Shown: positions 1 through 8,896 of the stretch, one piece after another
Numbering within the stretch: position 1 is the first letter of the stretch
How the letters are laid out: every line of letters begins with the position of its first letter
DNA from: Candidatus Obscuribacterales bacterium
GTDB taxonomy: Bacteria; Cyanobacteriota; Vampirovibrionia; Obscuribacterales; Obscuribacteraceae
Reading direction: 5' to 3'
Length of the DNA: 64,000 nucleotides
NCBI GenBank assembly: GCA_965228855.1
Contig: CBDDIJ010000005.1
Coordinates: 635,856-699,855 of the forward strand
Position numbers and translations under genes: made by a program
Notes under the pieces: model-generated
Told to the model about the DNA's origin: nothing
Databases searched by the model: none
The model's input: only the letters and a program-made list of their open reading frames with translations

Positions 1-426
1 CGCTTTGCAAGCAAATTCGTCGAGAATCAAAATGTCATTGCCATAAACTGGAGGCGAAAGAGATTCCGAGACGGCGCCTCCTTCGGATGCCGCCGAGTCA
101 GCCGCAGCGGATGACAGACTTTTTTGCGCAGAAAAATTGCCTGCAGCTACGGTAGGCTCTACCGAAACGAGCCTACCGTCGGCAATTCGATAGGTCTTAA
201 CTCCTAGATCTTCCCAGCCCTGGTGGGAAATAGTTCGCAACATCGGGCGCAGGTTTGAGACGAAAACATTCTGCGCAGCCGCATTATTGTTAACGGTAGT
301 CGGCGGTGGCTCCAGCGCACCCGCAGATAAACCCGTGCTCAGATTGAAACCGGAGCACAGCAGCTGACTCCCAACGATGAAGAGTGCTTGGACCGCCGAC
401 TTGTGCTTTTGTGATTTCAACTTCAA
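1..426 (-). CDS. hypothetical secreted protein, N-terminal part only (gene runs off the left window edge)
   Basis: The minus-strand frame is open from the in-frame TAA at 562-564 down to position 1. It is absent from the ORF track because it leaves the window. The translated ...LKSQKHKSAVQALFIVGSQLLCSGFNLSTGLSAGA... looks like a signal peptide and is followed by an S/A-rich sequence. There is no in-frame ATG; candidate TTG starts lie at 426 or 420 and no clear SD is present. Confidence 0.3.
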   Translation of the reverse strand, partial: MKLKSQKHKSAVQALFIVGSQLLCSGFNLSTGLSAGALEPPPTTVNNNAAAQNVFVSNLRPMLRTISHQGWEDLGVKTYRIADGRLVSVEPTVAAGNFSAQKSLSSAAADSAASEGGAVSESLSPPVYGNDILILDEFACKA

Positions 427-499
427 ACATGAGATGGAACAAACACAGTTTATCAAATGACAAATATCCAAGTCTTGGCGACTTGGATATTTGTTTCCC

Positions 500-522
500 T
501 TCTCGGCTCGAGCAGCCGAGAA
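500..522 (-). terminator. stem-loop downstream of the 562..936 gene (possible terminator, no U-tract)
   Basis: Perfect 9-bp stem ttctcggct / agccgagaa with a 5-nt loop, about 40 nt after the stop at 562-564. No T-run follows on either strand, so terminator function is uncertain. Confidence 0.3.
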
Positions 523-561
523 CCACTCACACCGTAGGTTCTGTTTAAAGATTTTCTGCGT

Positions 562-936
562 TTATTTTGATCGCGCTGCTCTTCTATCAAAGATTACGGT
601 TGGCACGCCGTGAGAATTTGATTCGGAGCCGAAATTCTGCTTGATTGCTTGAACGCCGAGATAACCTATGGTTCCCAGCTCACACATAAGCCCGGTCGCC
701 ATCAACACCCCTGAAAATTCGGCGATGCCAATGGCTGTCACCGCACCGCCAAGCACCAGAGCACCAGCTTCGACAGGATGCTCTTTTGAATATTCCAGAG
801 CAGACTTGGCGACATCAGGTCCGTACCGCCTCACGTCGTCAGGCAGTTTGCCCATGGCATCAAAAATATCAGCGAAATCCAGAGAATTTTGCTTCGGCTC
901 AGATTTGGCATTCTGATTGAAATTCTCATATCCCAT
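562..936 (-). CDS. hypothetical small protein (124 aa) with one hydrophobic Gly/Ala-rich segment
   Basis: ATG at 936 is preceded by GAGGA 7 nt upstream. Contains the hydrophobic stretch AGALVLGGAVTAIGIAEFSGVLMATGLM. No family recognised. Confidence 0.5.
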   Translation of the reverse strand: MGYENFNQNAKSEPKQNSLDFADIFDAMGKLPDDVRRYGPDVAKSALEYSKEHPVEAGALVLGGAVTAIGIAEFSGVLMATGLMCELGTIGYLGVQAIKQNFGSESNSHGVPTVIFDRRAARSK

Positions 937-1099
937 GTTCTTATCCTCAATCTCATATGTTCGGCTCGATTTGTGAAACCAATGTAATTCGTTGCGCGAG
1001 GAATAGAACTGTTGAATTCAACAGTTGGAATTGAATCGGATGTACCAAATCCATTGCCAAGGTTTAAACTGAGCCCGTGAATTGACTTGAGCTTTTGCA

Positions 1100-3526
1100 A
1101 TGACAGAGAGTTCTGCACCGGCAGACCGAAGAGTTGAAAACATCTATAGCGGAAAAACTGATGCGTGGCTTGTCGCGACGCTCATCATTCTCGTCGTAAT
1201 CGGTTACGGCTCCACACTTACATTCTTTTTTACAGCAGACGATCTGTGGCAGGTTCACTACGCATACCGAATCTTTAACGGCGACACAGAGCTCGCCTGG
1301 CGCAACTTCGTCGGCAATTATATTCAAATTCCCAGTTTCGAATTTTACCGGCCGCTCCTCGGTCTGACTTTCTGGTGCGACTATCTGCTGGGCAAGACAA
1401 ATCCGCTTATTTACCACATTACAAGCACACTGCTATACGTAGCCGATGTGGTGCTGCTGTTTGGATTTATGAAACGCCTGATCTCCACGTTCGTTACACG
1501 CGACACGCTCACAGTCAGGGCATCCGCCTTCGCGACGGCGGCGATGTTCGCCGTCAGCCCGTTGCATTGCGAAGCAGTAACCTGGTTATCGGGGCGAGCT
1601 GATGTTCTTGCAGCCCTTTTCTATCTGACGACACTAAATATGGTGCTTGACGGTTTAAATAATCAAAAGCACGGTTTGAAACATTTGGCGCTGCCATGCC
1701 TGACATTCATACTCGCCCTGGGAGCAAAAGAGATTGCTATCGGTCTTCCGTTTGTGATTTTTGCTCTGGCATCGTTGCGCCCATCCCCATTAGGCTCATC
1801 GAATGGCAAATCGCAAAGCCTCTCTAGTTCAAGTTCTACAAACGCCCTTGGAGGAAGAACAGCCCAGAGGTTCGAAACCTTTGGTTTCGCATTGAAGATT
1901 TCACTTCCGTTTATCCTCATAGCTCTGTTCTACCTTATCTTGCGATTGATCATGTTCGGCTCAATGTTCGGTGGCTACACCGGCAGTTTTGGACTGGTGA
2001 AAGCAAAATACGCATCGCTGCTCTGGTTTGATCCGCAAGTCTGGCTGCGAATAATCTTTCCATTCAATCACACCATGCTTAAACCGCTTGGAGTCTATGA
2101 AATCGCACTGTTAGTTCAACTCCTGCTCGGCGGTTTTATTTGCGTAATTCAAGCGCTGCTGACCAGAAGAATTCACTGGAGGCTGGCGGCATTTCTTTCG
2201 CTCTGGACCCTCACGCTAGTTATTCCACTCACAACCGTATGGGGTCTAGACCCGGCGCGACATAACAGCCGGCTGCTGTTTTTCCTGACTATGCCGCTTT
2301 CGGCATGGCTGCCTTGTTGGACGTTCGCACCTGTGGCATCGTGGCAAACGTCAGCGGATAAAGCAGGCTGGTGGAAGGCAGTTCAAACCACCGCGTCGAT
2401 CTTTCTCTGCGGAATGGTAGCACTGTTGCTTTGCGCAACCGTGATATCGAATCAAGCATGGCGCACCGCGGGCGACATCGTAAATCAAGTTCGACTTCAA
2501 TGCTCTGAGCTAACGGCTGGACTTGCTAAAGACGAAAAAATAATGGTGCTCGGAATACCCGACGACTACAACGGCGCAATGGTAATTCTAAATGGCTCGA
2601 CTCTTCATCACTTGCTGTCACCGCCTTTCTGCCAGAGAAAAGTGATTGAGCAAGTCGTTTCCTTCAAACCGTTTTTGATCGGACCGGGAGACCTCATTGA
2701 CTCGAGCAGGGTAAAGGAACTGTTGCGACACGGCACTGTCAAAACTGTTTACGCCTGGAACAGCGAAACTCAGAAATTAGAATGGATTCCACTAACCCAG
2801 TCAGGTTTATGCAATGGGAAGAGGGTCGGGTTGGAACCTTATGAAAGTGTTGAACCTGGTTATTATGCAAATTTGAAACTGAATCCATTGAACTTTGACT
2901 ATTTGACATTCACACTAAACTCCAGGTCAACGAAAAACAAATTCGCGCCGATTACGCTTTGGTGGAATGATGAGACGCAGAATCGCTCACGAGGTATGAT
3001 TCGCTTACTTCCGCCACCTGGCAAAACCCCTGTTGTCATCGGTCTTTCCGACAACTGGCGCTGGTATTCATCGCCTGTAGTTGATACGCTGCGACTCAGG
3101 TTAGGAACGCTGACCTTTGACGCTCTCGAAAATCCAGAGTTGGTGTCAGCTGATCTGTTGATGCCAAGTCTCGAAATTTCGACGCCGGCGCGCACTACCG
3201 GGGAGCACGTCGTGAAGCCAGATTCCGTTAATATCAGCTGGAACGCTAACGCAATTGAGCGGGTGTCGAAAGTTGTTTTGGAAGTCACCCGACCTAATTT
3301 TTTCTTTGGTGGTTCAGAAATGATTCCTGTCGAACAGATCATTGCTCACAAACAGGTTCTACCAACAAAGGGCAGCATGCGCGTTCCGGAAACGTGGTTT
3401 CACCAGGAAGGCTTTTATGAAATGCGCGTCCATGCGTATGATGCAAATGGGGAACCCGTGGGCGAATTTTCTCAACCGGCAACAATTTATTGCAGCACCT
3501 CCGGAGCATGCGCTTATCTGGACTAG
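1100..3526 (+). CDS. GT-C fold membrane glycosyltransferase-like protein (PMT_2 / TMTC-DUF1736-like N-terminal half) with a ~350-aa soluble C-terminal domain
   Basis: 808-aa ORF with many predicted TM helices. The N-terminal pattern FTADDLW...YRPLLGLTFWCDYLLGKTNPLIYHITSTLLYV...AAMFAVSPLHCEAVTWLSGRADVLAALFYLTTL matches the conserved loop and helix pattern of ArnT/PMT/TMTC-type glycosyltransferases. Confidence 0.8.
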   Translation: MTESSAPADRRVENIYSGKTDAWLVATLIILVVIGYGSTLTFFFTADDLWQVHYAYRIFNGDTELAWRNFVGNYIQIPSFEFYRPLLGLTFWCDYLLGKTNPLIYHITSTLLYVADVVLLFGFMKRLISTFVTRDTLTVRASAFATAAMFAVSPLHCEAVTWLSGRADVLAALFYLTTLNMVLDGLNNQKHGLKHLALPCLTFILALGAKEIAIGLPFVIFALASLRPSPLGSSNGKSQSLSSSSSTNALGGRTAQRFETFGFALKISLPFILIALFYLILRLIMFGSMFGGYTGSFGLVKAKYASLLWFDPQVWLRIIFPFNHTMLKPLGVYEIALLVQLLLGGFICVIQALLTRRIHWRLAAFLSLWTLTLVIPLTTVWGLDPARHNSRLLFFLTMPLSAWLPCWTFAPVASWQTSADKAGWWKAVQTTASIFLCGMVALLLCATVISNQAWRTAGDIVNQVRLQCSELTAGLAKDEKIMVLGIPDDYNGAMVILNGSTLHHLLSPPFCQRKVIEQVVSFKPFLIGPGDLIDSSRVKELLRHGTVKTVYAWNSETQKLEWIPLTQSGLCNGKRVGLEPYESVEPGYYANLKLNPLNFDYLTFTLNSRSTKNKFAPITLWWNDETQNRSRGMIRLLPPPGKTPVVIGLSDNWRWYSSPVVDTLRLRLGTLTFDALENPELVSADLLMPSLEISTPARTTGEHVVKPDSVNISWNANAIERVSKVVLEVTRPNFFFGGSEMIPVEQIIAHKQVLPTKGSMRVPETWFHQEGFYEMRVHAYDANGEPVGEFSQPATIYCSTSGACAYLD

Positions 3527-3593
3527 CCGCAACAGTCTCGAATCGCCATTAAGACATCGTCTTTCAACAAGCTCGACTGAAGCATTCGCGCTG

Positions 3594-4298
3594 CTACATT
3601 TTGCGCGAGAGTTTTTCTCTACTGATGTAGTTTACGCACGCTAAAGCGAGCTTGTTGGTAGGTTTTGCCCGCAGCGCACGCCTGGCTTCCCTGAGAGCTT
3701 CTGACCTTTTCCCAAGATACGCAAACGCCCATGCTCGTTCAGCATAAATAGTAGAACTGGGATTAGCCTTTACTGCACGATCAAAATATTCGAAAGCGGA
3801 ATCCTTATCACCGAGCCGAAGCAAAGCCCAACCAAGATTCACAAGTTTCTTGGAGTTATGTGGATCGGTAAGTAGATCATGATCCATCACGACAACAGTA
3901 TCATCGATTTCTACGGCAGAAGGTTCACCACGAGTGGCGGAATCCAAATCGATCGCCTCACCGTGCCAGGAGCAATCGACAGGTTCGCGCTCTAATATGC
4001 TCTTAGTGGGCAGCTGGGCAGACACGTCCTCCACTCGTGAGTCCTCTGCGAGTTCGTTCATGACAGCATTTACGGATGTAACCACATTTGGTGTCACCTG
4101 TTTTTCGCCGCTCAGCGGTGTCCCCCAACTCAATCCGATCAAAAACAGCACGAGAACGGAGAGCACAGAAAGCTTCCAGAATCTGGTAGATCCAAGCTTA
4201 AGCAAATAGGTCGGCAGGAACTTACTCGCAAAGCAAACTGCAACTGCAGCAGCGAGAAGTCCGGTGGCTAGAAGCAAGAACATCATTGGCGTACCCAT
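3594..4298 (-). CDS. membrane-anchored TPR repeat protein
   Basis: 234 aa. ATG is preceded by AAGG. Two N-terminal hydrophobic helices. The C-terminus carries TPR-like repeats (LVNLGWALLRLGDKDSAFEYFDRAVKANP..., YAERAWAFAYLGKRSEALREARRALRAKP). Confidence 0.7.
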   Translation of the reverse strand: MGTPMMFLLLATGLLAAAVAVCFASKFLPTYLLKLGSTRFWKLSVLSVLVLFLIGLSWGTPLSGEKQVTPNVVTSVNAVMNELAEDSRVEDVSAQLPTKSILEREPVDCSWHGEAIDLDSATRGEPSAVEIDDTVVVMDHDLLTDPHNSKKLVNLGWALLRLGDKDSAFEYFDRAVKANPSSTIYAERAWAFAYLGKRSEALREARRALRAKPTNKLALACVNYISREKLSRKM

Positions 4299-4371
4299 CC
4301 AACCTTCTGCTTCTACATTAAGCTTCGTCTGTAATTAGGAGGGAAACGCGATGTAAGGTGTTTGTGAAACG

Positions 4372-5406
4372 TCAAAGCGCATCGCGTCGGTCTTTTGTAC
4401 CGCTGATCAAAGAACAGCCAGGTTTTGCCTTTCGAAAACGGGCGACGCCCGCGTCTGAAATCATTTGATTATCTCGGACTCCCAGACTTTGAAGACTCGC
4501 CATTTTCGACAGACCATCAAGAGTTTTGTCCGAAACGTTATTGTCATTCAGCTCGATTCGCCTGAGACCGGGAAACTTCAATAGCGCCGATGCCATCTCG
4601 TCATCCACGGAACATCCCTTCAAGCGAAGTTCGTTTAAGCGAGGCAAGGCAGACAGTTTCTCTAAACCTGTTTTGGTGATTTTTGTTCTTCCAAAGTCAA
4701 TCTCCTCTAGGTTCGGCAGCTTTGCAATTGACTCAAAGCCGCTCTCTGATATGGATGTCCCCTTCATGTTAAGATGGGTCAGATTCGAAAAATCAGCAAG
4801 TTGCTCGAGCTCCGTATCGCTAAGCGAAGCTGCATTGATAGACAAATGAGTCAGACTGGAACTTAATGGTTCCAAAATCTCAAAAGCTTTGCCACTAATG
4901 CCGGTATCATAAATCTCAAGTTTCTTGAGCGTTTTTATCTTCGCAACATACTTCAGACCGTCGTCGGTCACTACAGTACCCGCCAGGTCTAGCGATGTTA
5001 ACGGCAAATGAGTGATATATCGGAGCCACGAATCCTTAAATGTGCAATCAGACAAACTCAATTGGGTCAACGTGTCGAGTTTCCCAATTGTTTTCATGTT
5101 GTCTTTCGTCAGATCCCAGTGTTGAAACTGTAATTCGGTTCGATATGGATCCTCATCAATAATTTTCTTAAGCGCGAGATCGGCCTCACCCGCATCGGGG
5201 CGCAAATTAGCCCTGTCAACTTTTATCTTGATACTTTTGACGGAGTCCACGTGCTCTTCAGACTGTTGGACCAGCCGCAACACAGTGAAAATCATAGCGC
5301 CCACAAGCAGTACAGTGACTCCCATCAGTAGCCACATGTCGTTTTTGATTCGGAACGGTTTCTCAGAGCTAATAAACAGGTCCCCAGAATCTTCTACTAG
5401 GTACAT
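4372..5406 (-). CDS. membrane-anchored leucine-rich repeat (RNI-like LRR) protein
   Basis: 344 aa. N-terminal TM helix (MWLLMGVTVLLVGAMIFTVL) followed by about 24-25-aa LRR units (L..L.L....I.D.GL..L..L..L). Confidence 0.75.
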   Translation of the reverse strand: MYLVEDSGDLFISSEKPFRIKNDMWLLMGVTVLLVGAMIFTVLRLVQQSEEHVDSVKSIKIKVDRANLRPDAGEADLALKKIIDEDPYRTELQFQHWDLTKDNMKTIGKLDTLTQLSLSDCTFKDSWLRYITHLPLTSLDLAGTVVTDDGLKYVAKIKTLKKLEIYDTGISGKAFEILEPLSSSLTHLSINAASLSDTELEQLADFSNLTHLNMKGTSISESGFESIAKLPNLEEIDFGRTKITKTGLEKLSALPRLNELRLKGCSVDDEMASALLKFPGLRRIELNDNNVSDKTLDGLSKMASLQSLGVRDNQMISDAGVARFRKAKPGCSLISGTKDRRDAL

Positions 5407-5523
5407 GCCACTCTGTTGAAATACGAAACGAGAACGGTATATCGATTCCGAAATATGAAGCCTGATAAGGGTTTCGGGTAATTTGACCGAATATTTTCTC
5501 AGACTGCGCAGACAGTCTCAGTT

Positions 5524-5685
5524 CTAACGAAGAATACCGTCTTGTCGTGCCGCCATTTGAGCTAATCCTGCATCATGACGGGATTCAAGAGATGGATCAG
5601 CTGCGAAGTATTGAACGTCCAACCAGACCACTCCTGAAACTACGGCGGTAACTAGCATCAACATTGATATAGATCGAGCGCTCAT
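5524..5685 (-). CDS. possible small membrane/secreted protein (53 aa), below the ORF-track cutoff
   Basis: ATG at 5685 has AAGGAA about 8 nt upstream. Translation: MSARSISMLMLVTAVVSGVVWLDVQYFAADPSLESRHDAGLAQMAARQDGILR, with a TAG stop at 5524-5526. A hairpin (agactg/cagtct, 5501-5518) follows. Confidence 0.3.
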   Translation of the reverse strand: MSARSISMLMLVTAVVSGVVWLDVQYFAADPSLESRHDAGLAQMAARQDGILR

Positions 5686-5955
5686 AGTTCATTCCTTATA
5701 ATCGGTGCGCATGTTCGTTGCGGTCCGCTATGTGCAGTTTTTGCATGACTGCCGCCTGTACGGAGCAGGGTAACCAACGGTCTGCGCTGATAGTTTTTTA
5801 GCATCTAAACGTCCAGCCGATGCAACGGGATCGGTTTGAAACCAGTTTAAGCATCGCGCTTGAAAGTTTGGGCTATGAATTGGTCACGCAGCGGCATCAA
5901 ACCGCCCGAGTACCTTCTTAAAGACCATCGGCACTCGGTTAACCACTAAAGAGGT

Positions 5956-6426
5956 ATGAACATGAGCACGTTGAAAGACTATGGCAAAATCACATCGAGA
6001 TTAGCTATTGCAGCTGTTGTAGCAGGTATGTTCGCGGTTCCGCAAGTCTCTGCCGACTCCATGGCGGGTGGTATGGCTGCTAGCCAGGCGACAACCCAGA
6101 ATAGCTCGAACGCAGATACAGACTCGACCACTCGTTCCGGAGGTCCATGGGGCAGCGCATCATCGTCGCACTCAGCCACTCAGAACGAATCTCAGACCGG
6201 CGGTCCGCAAGAGACATCGTCCACATCTCAATCAGGCGGAGTCGGCGGCATCCGAGCCAAAACAGTTCAAGAAACCGGCACGCAGGTGAAAACGACTTCC
6301 GGAACTACTCCAGGACGCACAGTTTCGATGAAGAGTACGACCGTCAGAAGCAAGAAACCTGTGAAACGGAAAGCCGGTTGGAAAGTCGTTAACTACAATT
6401 GGAAAAACGGTAAGAAAGTTCATTAA
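5956..6426 (+). CDS. hypothetical secreted S/T/G-rich protein with basic C-terminus
   Basis: Signal-peptide-like N-terminus (RLAIAAVVAGMFAVPQVSADS), a low-complexity S/T/G/Q body and a K-rich tail. AAGAGG precedes the ATGs; the second ATG (5962) has the better spacing. Confidence 0.55.
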   Translation: MNMSTLKDYGKITSRLAIAAVVAGMFAVPQVSADSMAGGMAASQATTQNSSNADTDSTTRSGGPWGSASSSHSATQNESQTGGPQETSSTSQSGGVGGIRAKTVQETGTQVKTTSGTTPGRTVSMKSTTVRSKKPVKRKAGWKVVNYNWKNGKKVH

Positions 6427-6429
6427 ACA

Positions 6430-6819
6430 ATGAGTTATATCCCTGATGGCTACACGGAAGTTACGCCATATCTCACAGTCGTCAATGCGCACGGATTGCT
6501 GCAATTTCTAGTGACCGTGTTCGATGCCCAGGCAATTCGCAAAGTCGAATTGCCTGATGGCACGCTTAAGCATGCAGCTGTGAAGATCGCCGGAGGTGCT
6601 CCGATTGAACTTTCCGAGGCCACGGAAGAGTGGCCGCCGACCCCAGCCGCGGTTCACATCTACGTCCCGGATGTTGACACAACTCATGCTCGAGCTGTCG
6701 AAGCCGGAGCGAGTGTACTTCTCGAACCTCAGGAAATGGACTACGGAGAGCGCAGCTCTGCTGTAAAAGATCCGTTCGGCAATTGCTGGTACATCGCCAC
6801 CTTCAAAAAAGGCGAGTAA
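6430..6819 (+). CDS. VOC (glyoxalase/bleomycin-resistance/PhnB-like) family protein
   Basis: 129 aa with the typical pattern ...TPYLTV.NA..L..FL...F.A......DG.L.HA..KI.G...E.S......P....HIYV.DVD....RA..AGA.....P....YGERS..VKDPFGN.WYIAT. It starts 3 nt after the upstream stop. Confidence 0.85.
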   Translation: MSYIPDGYTEVTPYLTVVNAHGLLQFLVTVFDAQAIRKVELPDGTLKHAAVKIAGGAPIELSEATEEWPPTPAAVHIYVPDVDTTHARAVEAGASVLLEPQEMDYGERSSAVKDPFGNCWYIATFKKGE

Positions 6820-6821
6820 GC

Positions 6822-7652
6822 TTACTTCTTGCGAAATCCCTTTTTTTTCTTGCGCTGCTTATTTTGTGGCGGCGCAGGTTTGCTTTGTTCGCGTTCTTTA
6901 CTGTAGTCGGCTTTATCACTTCGTTGAGCCGGCGTTTCCATATTCGAAGAAGAGTTCTCGACTGTTTTTTCCTTGTCGGACGACTCTCCTTTGGGTTTGG
7001 GAGGCCTAAATGCTAAAAATAGAAGTAAAACCCAGAACGGCGGAAACCAGCCTATCAAGCCATTTACGAAAAAGTATCTCACCCATGTGGATCGTTTCAA
7101 CTTCGACGCCACTATAGTCGGCAAGAAGATCGAGCTCACAGCGATGCCCAGGAGAAAGGCTGTGTAAGCATACTCAAGCGCGAACTTGGATTGCGAACCT
7201 GCACTCTTCACGTAATCCGCGACCGGCTGCAATCCATAATTGGTCAGAAGAAACATCAGTCCTGCGCCGAGCAAAAACGCAATCGGTGCTCGCAGGTTTC
7301 GATGATAAAGAAGTGCAACGCCGGCAAGCAAATAGTCCCCCGCTCCTGGAATGACGTAATTGCTGCCTTTGAGAAACTCAATCAGCTTGTCAAAAATAAA
7401 AGCGACATTCGATGTAAAAGTCGAGTTGCTGTTTATCGGAATAAGAGCTGCTGCGGTCAAAGGCACCGCGATTAACAGCAGCACAAGATAAACAATCCCT
7501 ACGAATCGGAGCAGCGCCAGCCCGTTGTCGCGGATGTCGTCGAACAAAACTTCGAAGGCATTGCGCAGCGGTCTAAGCGTATTCGGTTTTTCTGCTCGTC
7601 TGCGAATTACCACGAGGCTTATCCAAAGAGGGTTGCGGCTATTGTACAGCAC
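6822..7652 (-). CDS. hypothetical polytopic membrane protein with polybasic C-terminal tail
   Basis: Several hydrophobic helices. The C-terminus is ...KPAPPQNKQRKKKKGFRKK. The longest ORF begins at a GTG (7652) and the true start is unresolved. It is convergent with the VOC gene, with only 2 nt between the stops. Confidence 0.5.
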   Translation of the reverse strand: MLYNSRNPLWISLVVIRRRAEKPNTLRPLRNAFEVLFDDIRDNGLALLRFVGIVYLVLLLIAVPLTAAALIPINSNSTFTSNVAFIFDKLIEFLKGSNYVIPGAGDYLLAGVALLYHRNLRAPIAFLLGAGLMFLLTNYGLQPVADYVKSAGSQSKFALEYAYTAFLLGIAVSSIFLPTIVASKLKRSTWVRYFFVNGLIGWFPPFWVLLLFLAFRPPKPKGESSDKEKTVENSSSNMETPAQRSDKADYSKEREQSKPAPPQNKQRKKKKGFRKK

Positions 7653-7712
7653 GCGCGCAACCGCCTTGAAAAGAACTTGGGTTTAAATTCGTGGAACATC
7701 AGGTCCCGCAAC

Positions 7713-8666
7713 TTATTTCAGCTCGCCAATGACTTTCTCGATGTTCTCTTTGCGCGAACCGTAATAGTCTATAGCACCATATATGCCACCAACAGCTAAA
7801 ACGCCTGCGGTAGCCAGACCACCGCGTGAAAACATTTTTGAGGCTCCACCGGCGTGATTCAGATAAGCGGTGCTTCCTCCTGCAATAGCGGCAATGTACT
7901 TCGCATCCCAGGCGCCCTTGCCTGCTGCCTCGAAGCCCATTCCAGTGCCCTCGATTTTTCCTTTCTCCAGAGCACGAATATCCGCTTTGGTAATGCCGTT
8001 ATCTTCAGAACCAAATTCGTCATTCTGGCAGTTGGAGAGAGGCTCGTACATCTGCTCCAACACGCTCATCATGTGAGCATTTTTGAGAGCAAATAGTTTA
8101 TCTTGCGAAGCCGTCTTGATATTTTCCTGGCTGATGAAACCGTCTTTGTCAGAATCAAGCACGTCCCAGTTTTCGCGAACAGACTTTACGAAACCGACAG
8201 TATCAAGCCGGGTCAGTTCTTTAGCCCCTTTTCCGAACAGTCCACCGATTACGTCGGTTAGGGAACCGCCACCGCTGCGCTTCAGCACCTGATCGGCAAC
8301 ACTCAAAGGGCCTCCCCCGACGGCGAGTTTGCCAGCTTCGACGCCGGCGTTGAAAAGCTTCTCTTTATCAGCCTGGGTTCCCTGCCCCTTTATCACACGC
8401 TCACCAGACCCGGAGAGATCGCGTGCTTGCCGGCCAATTCCGGTAGCTCCAATCTTGTCGGCGCCGTCGCCTATCGCTTGCCCAGCCTTGCCGATTGCAT
8501 TACCGACATCCTCTTTGTTGATCTTTTGAGCTTCATCTTTCACTTTGCCAAAGATGCTTTTGGCACCGTCAATCAATCCACCAAACGGATTGTGACCAGA
8601 TTCCTTCGGTTCCTGCTGCTGGTTGCCATCCGCTGCATTGCGCACCAACTCAGACGATCTTCCCAT
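7713..8666 (-). CDS. hypothetical Gly-rich protein with EF-hand-like loop and C-terminal hydrophobic segment
   Basis: ATG at 8666 (MGRSSELV...) has GGTGGG upstream; the track ORF starts at an upstream GTG (8702). Contains the DSDKDGFISQEN loop (DxDxDGxI, EF-hand-like, but residue 12 is N rather than E). The C-terminal segment is GGLATAGVLAVGGIYGAIDYYG. Confidence 0.55.
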   Translation of the reverse strand: MGRSSELVRNAADGNQQQEPKESGHNPFGGLIDGAKSIFGKVKDEAQKINKEDVGNAIGKAGQAIGDGADKIGATGIGRQARDLSGSGERVIKGQGTQADKEKLFNAGVEAGKLAVGGGPLSVADQVLKRSGGGSLTDVIGGLFGKGAKELTRLDTVGFVKSVRENWDVLDSDKDGFISQENIKTASQDKLFALKNAHMMSVLEQMYEPLSNCQNDEFGSEDNGITKADIRALEKGKIEGTGMGFEAAGKGAWDAKYIAAIAGGSTAYLNHAGGASKMFSRGGLATAGVLAVGGIYGAIDYYGSRKENIEKVIGELK

Positions 8667-8896
8667 AACGAAACCCACCTGTTCCAAACCCAACCTGCAC
8701 ACACGATAAATGTTTTGCGCTCACGAAAACAGTGGGGATATTACGCAATATGGGAATCTTCCCATGCGTTTGGAGATGGCACTTCTCAATGCCATCTCCA
8801 ATACACGCTGACCACGCCGTGTCTATTAAAGGTCAGCCGAACTTACCAGTTAAAACTCATCTACAGATTCAGGTTCACTTGTGGCGAAACCATTCA

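Noticed and set aside
290-526. 78-aa minus-strand ORF from the track.
   Set aside because: It has odd composition and no RBS. It overlaps a longer edge-truncated frame with a signal-peptide-like start, and it spans a 9-bp intergenic-type hairpin (500-522).
427-564. Possible stop-codon read-through or pseudogene: the 562..936 gene and the edge-truncated ORF downstream are in the same frame, separated by a single TAA.
   Set aside because: The ~135 nt between them translate to an implausible Cys-rich peptide and contain a strong hairpin typical of intergenic DNA. A shared frame is a one-in-three coincidence. The two are treated as separate genes.
8667-8702. GTG-initiated 12-codon extension of the EF-hand-like protein, and the TTG start at 9976 for the VWA gene.
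   Set aside because: Downstream ATGs (8666 and 9970) have better SD sequences and spacing and give sensible N-termini.
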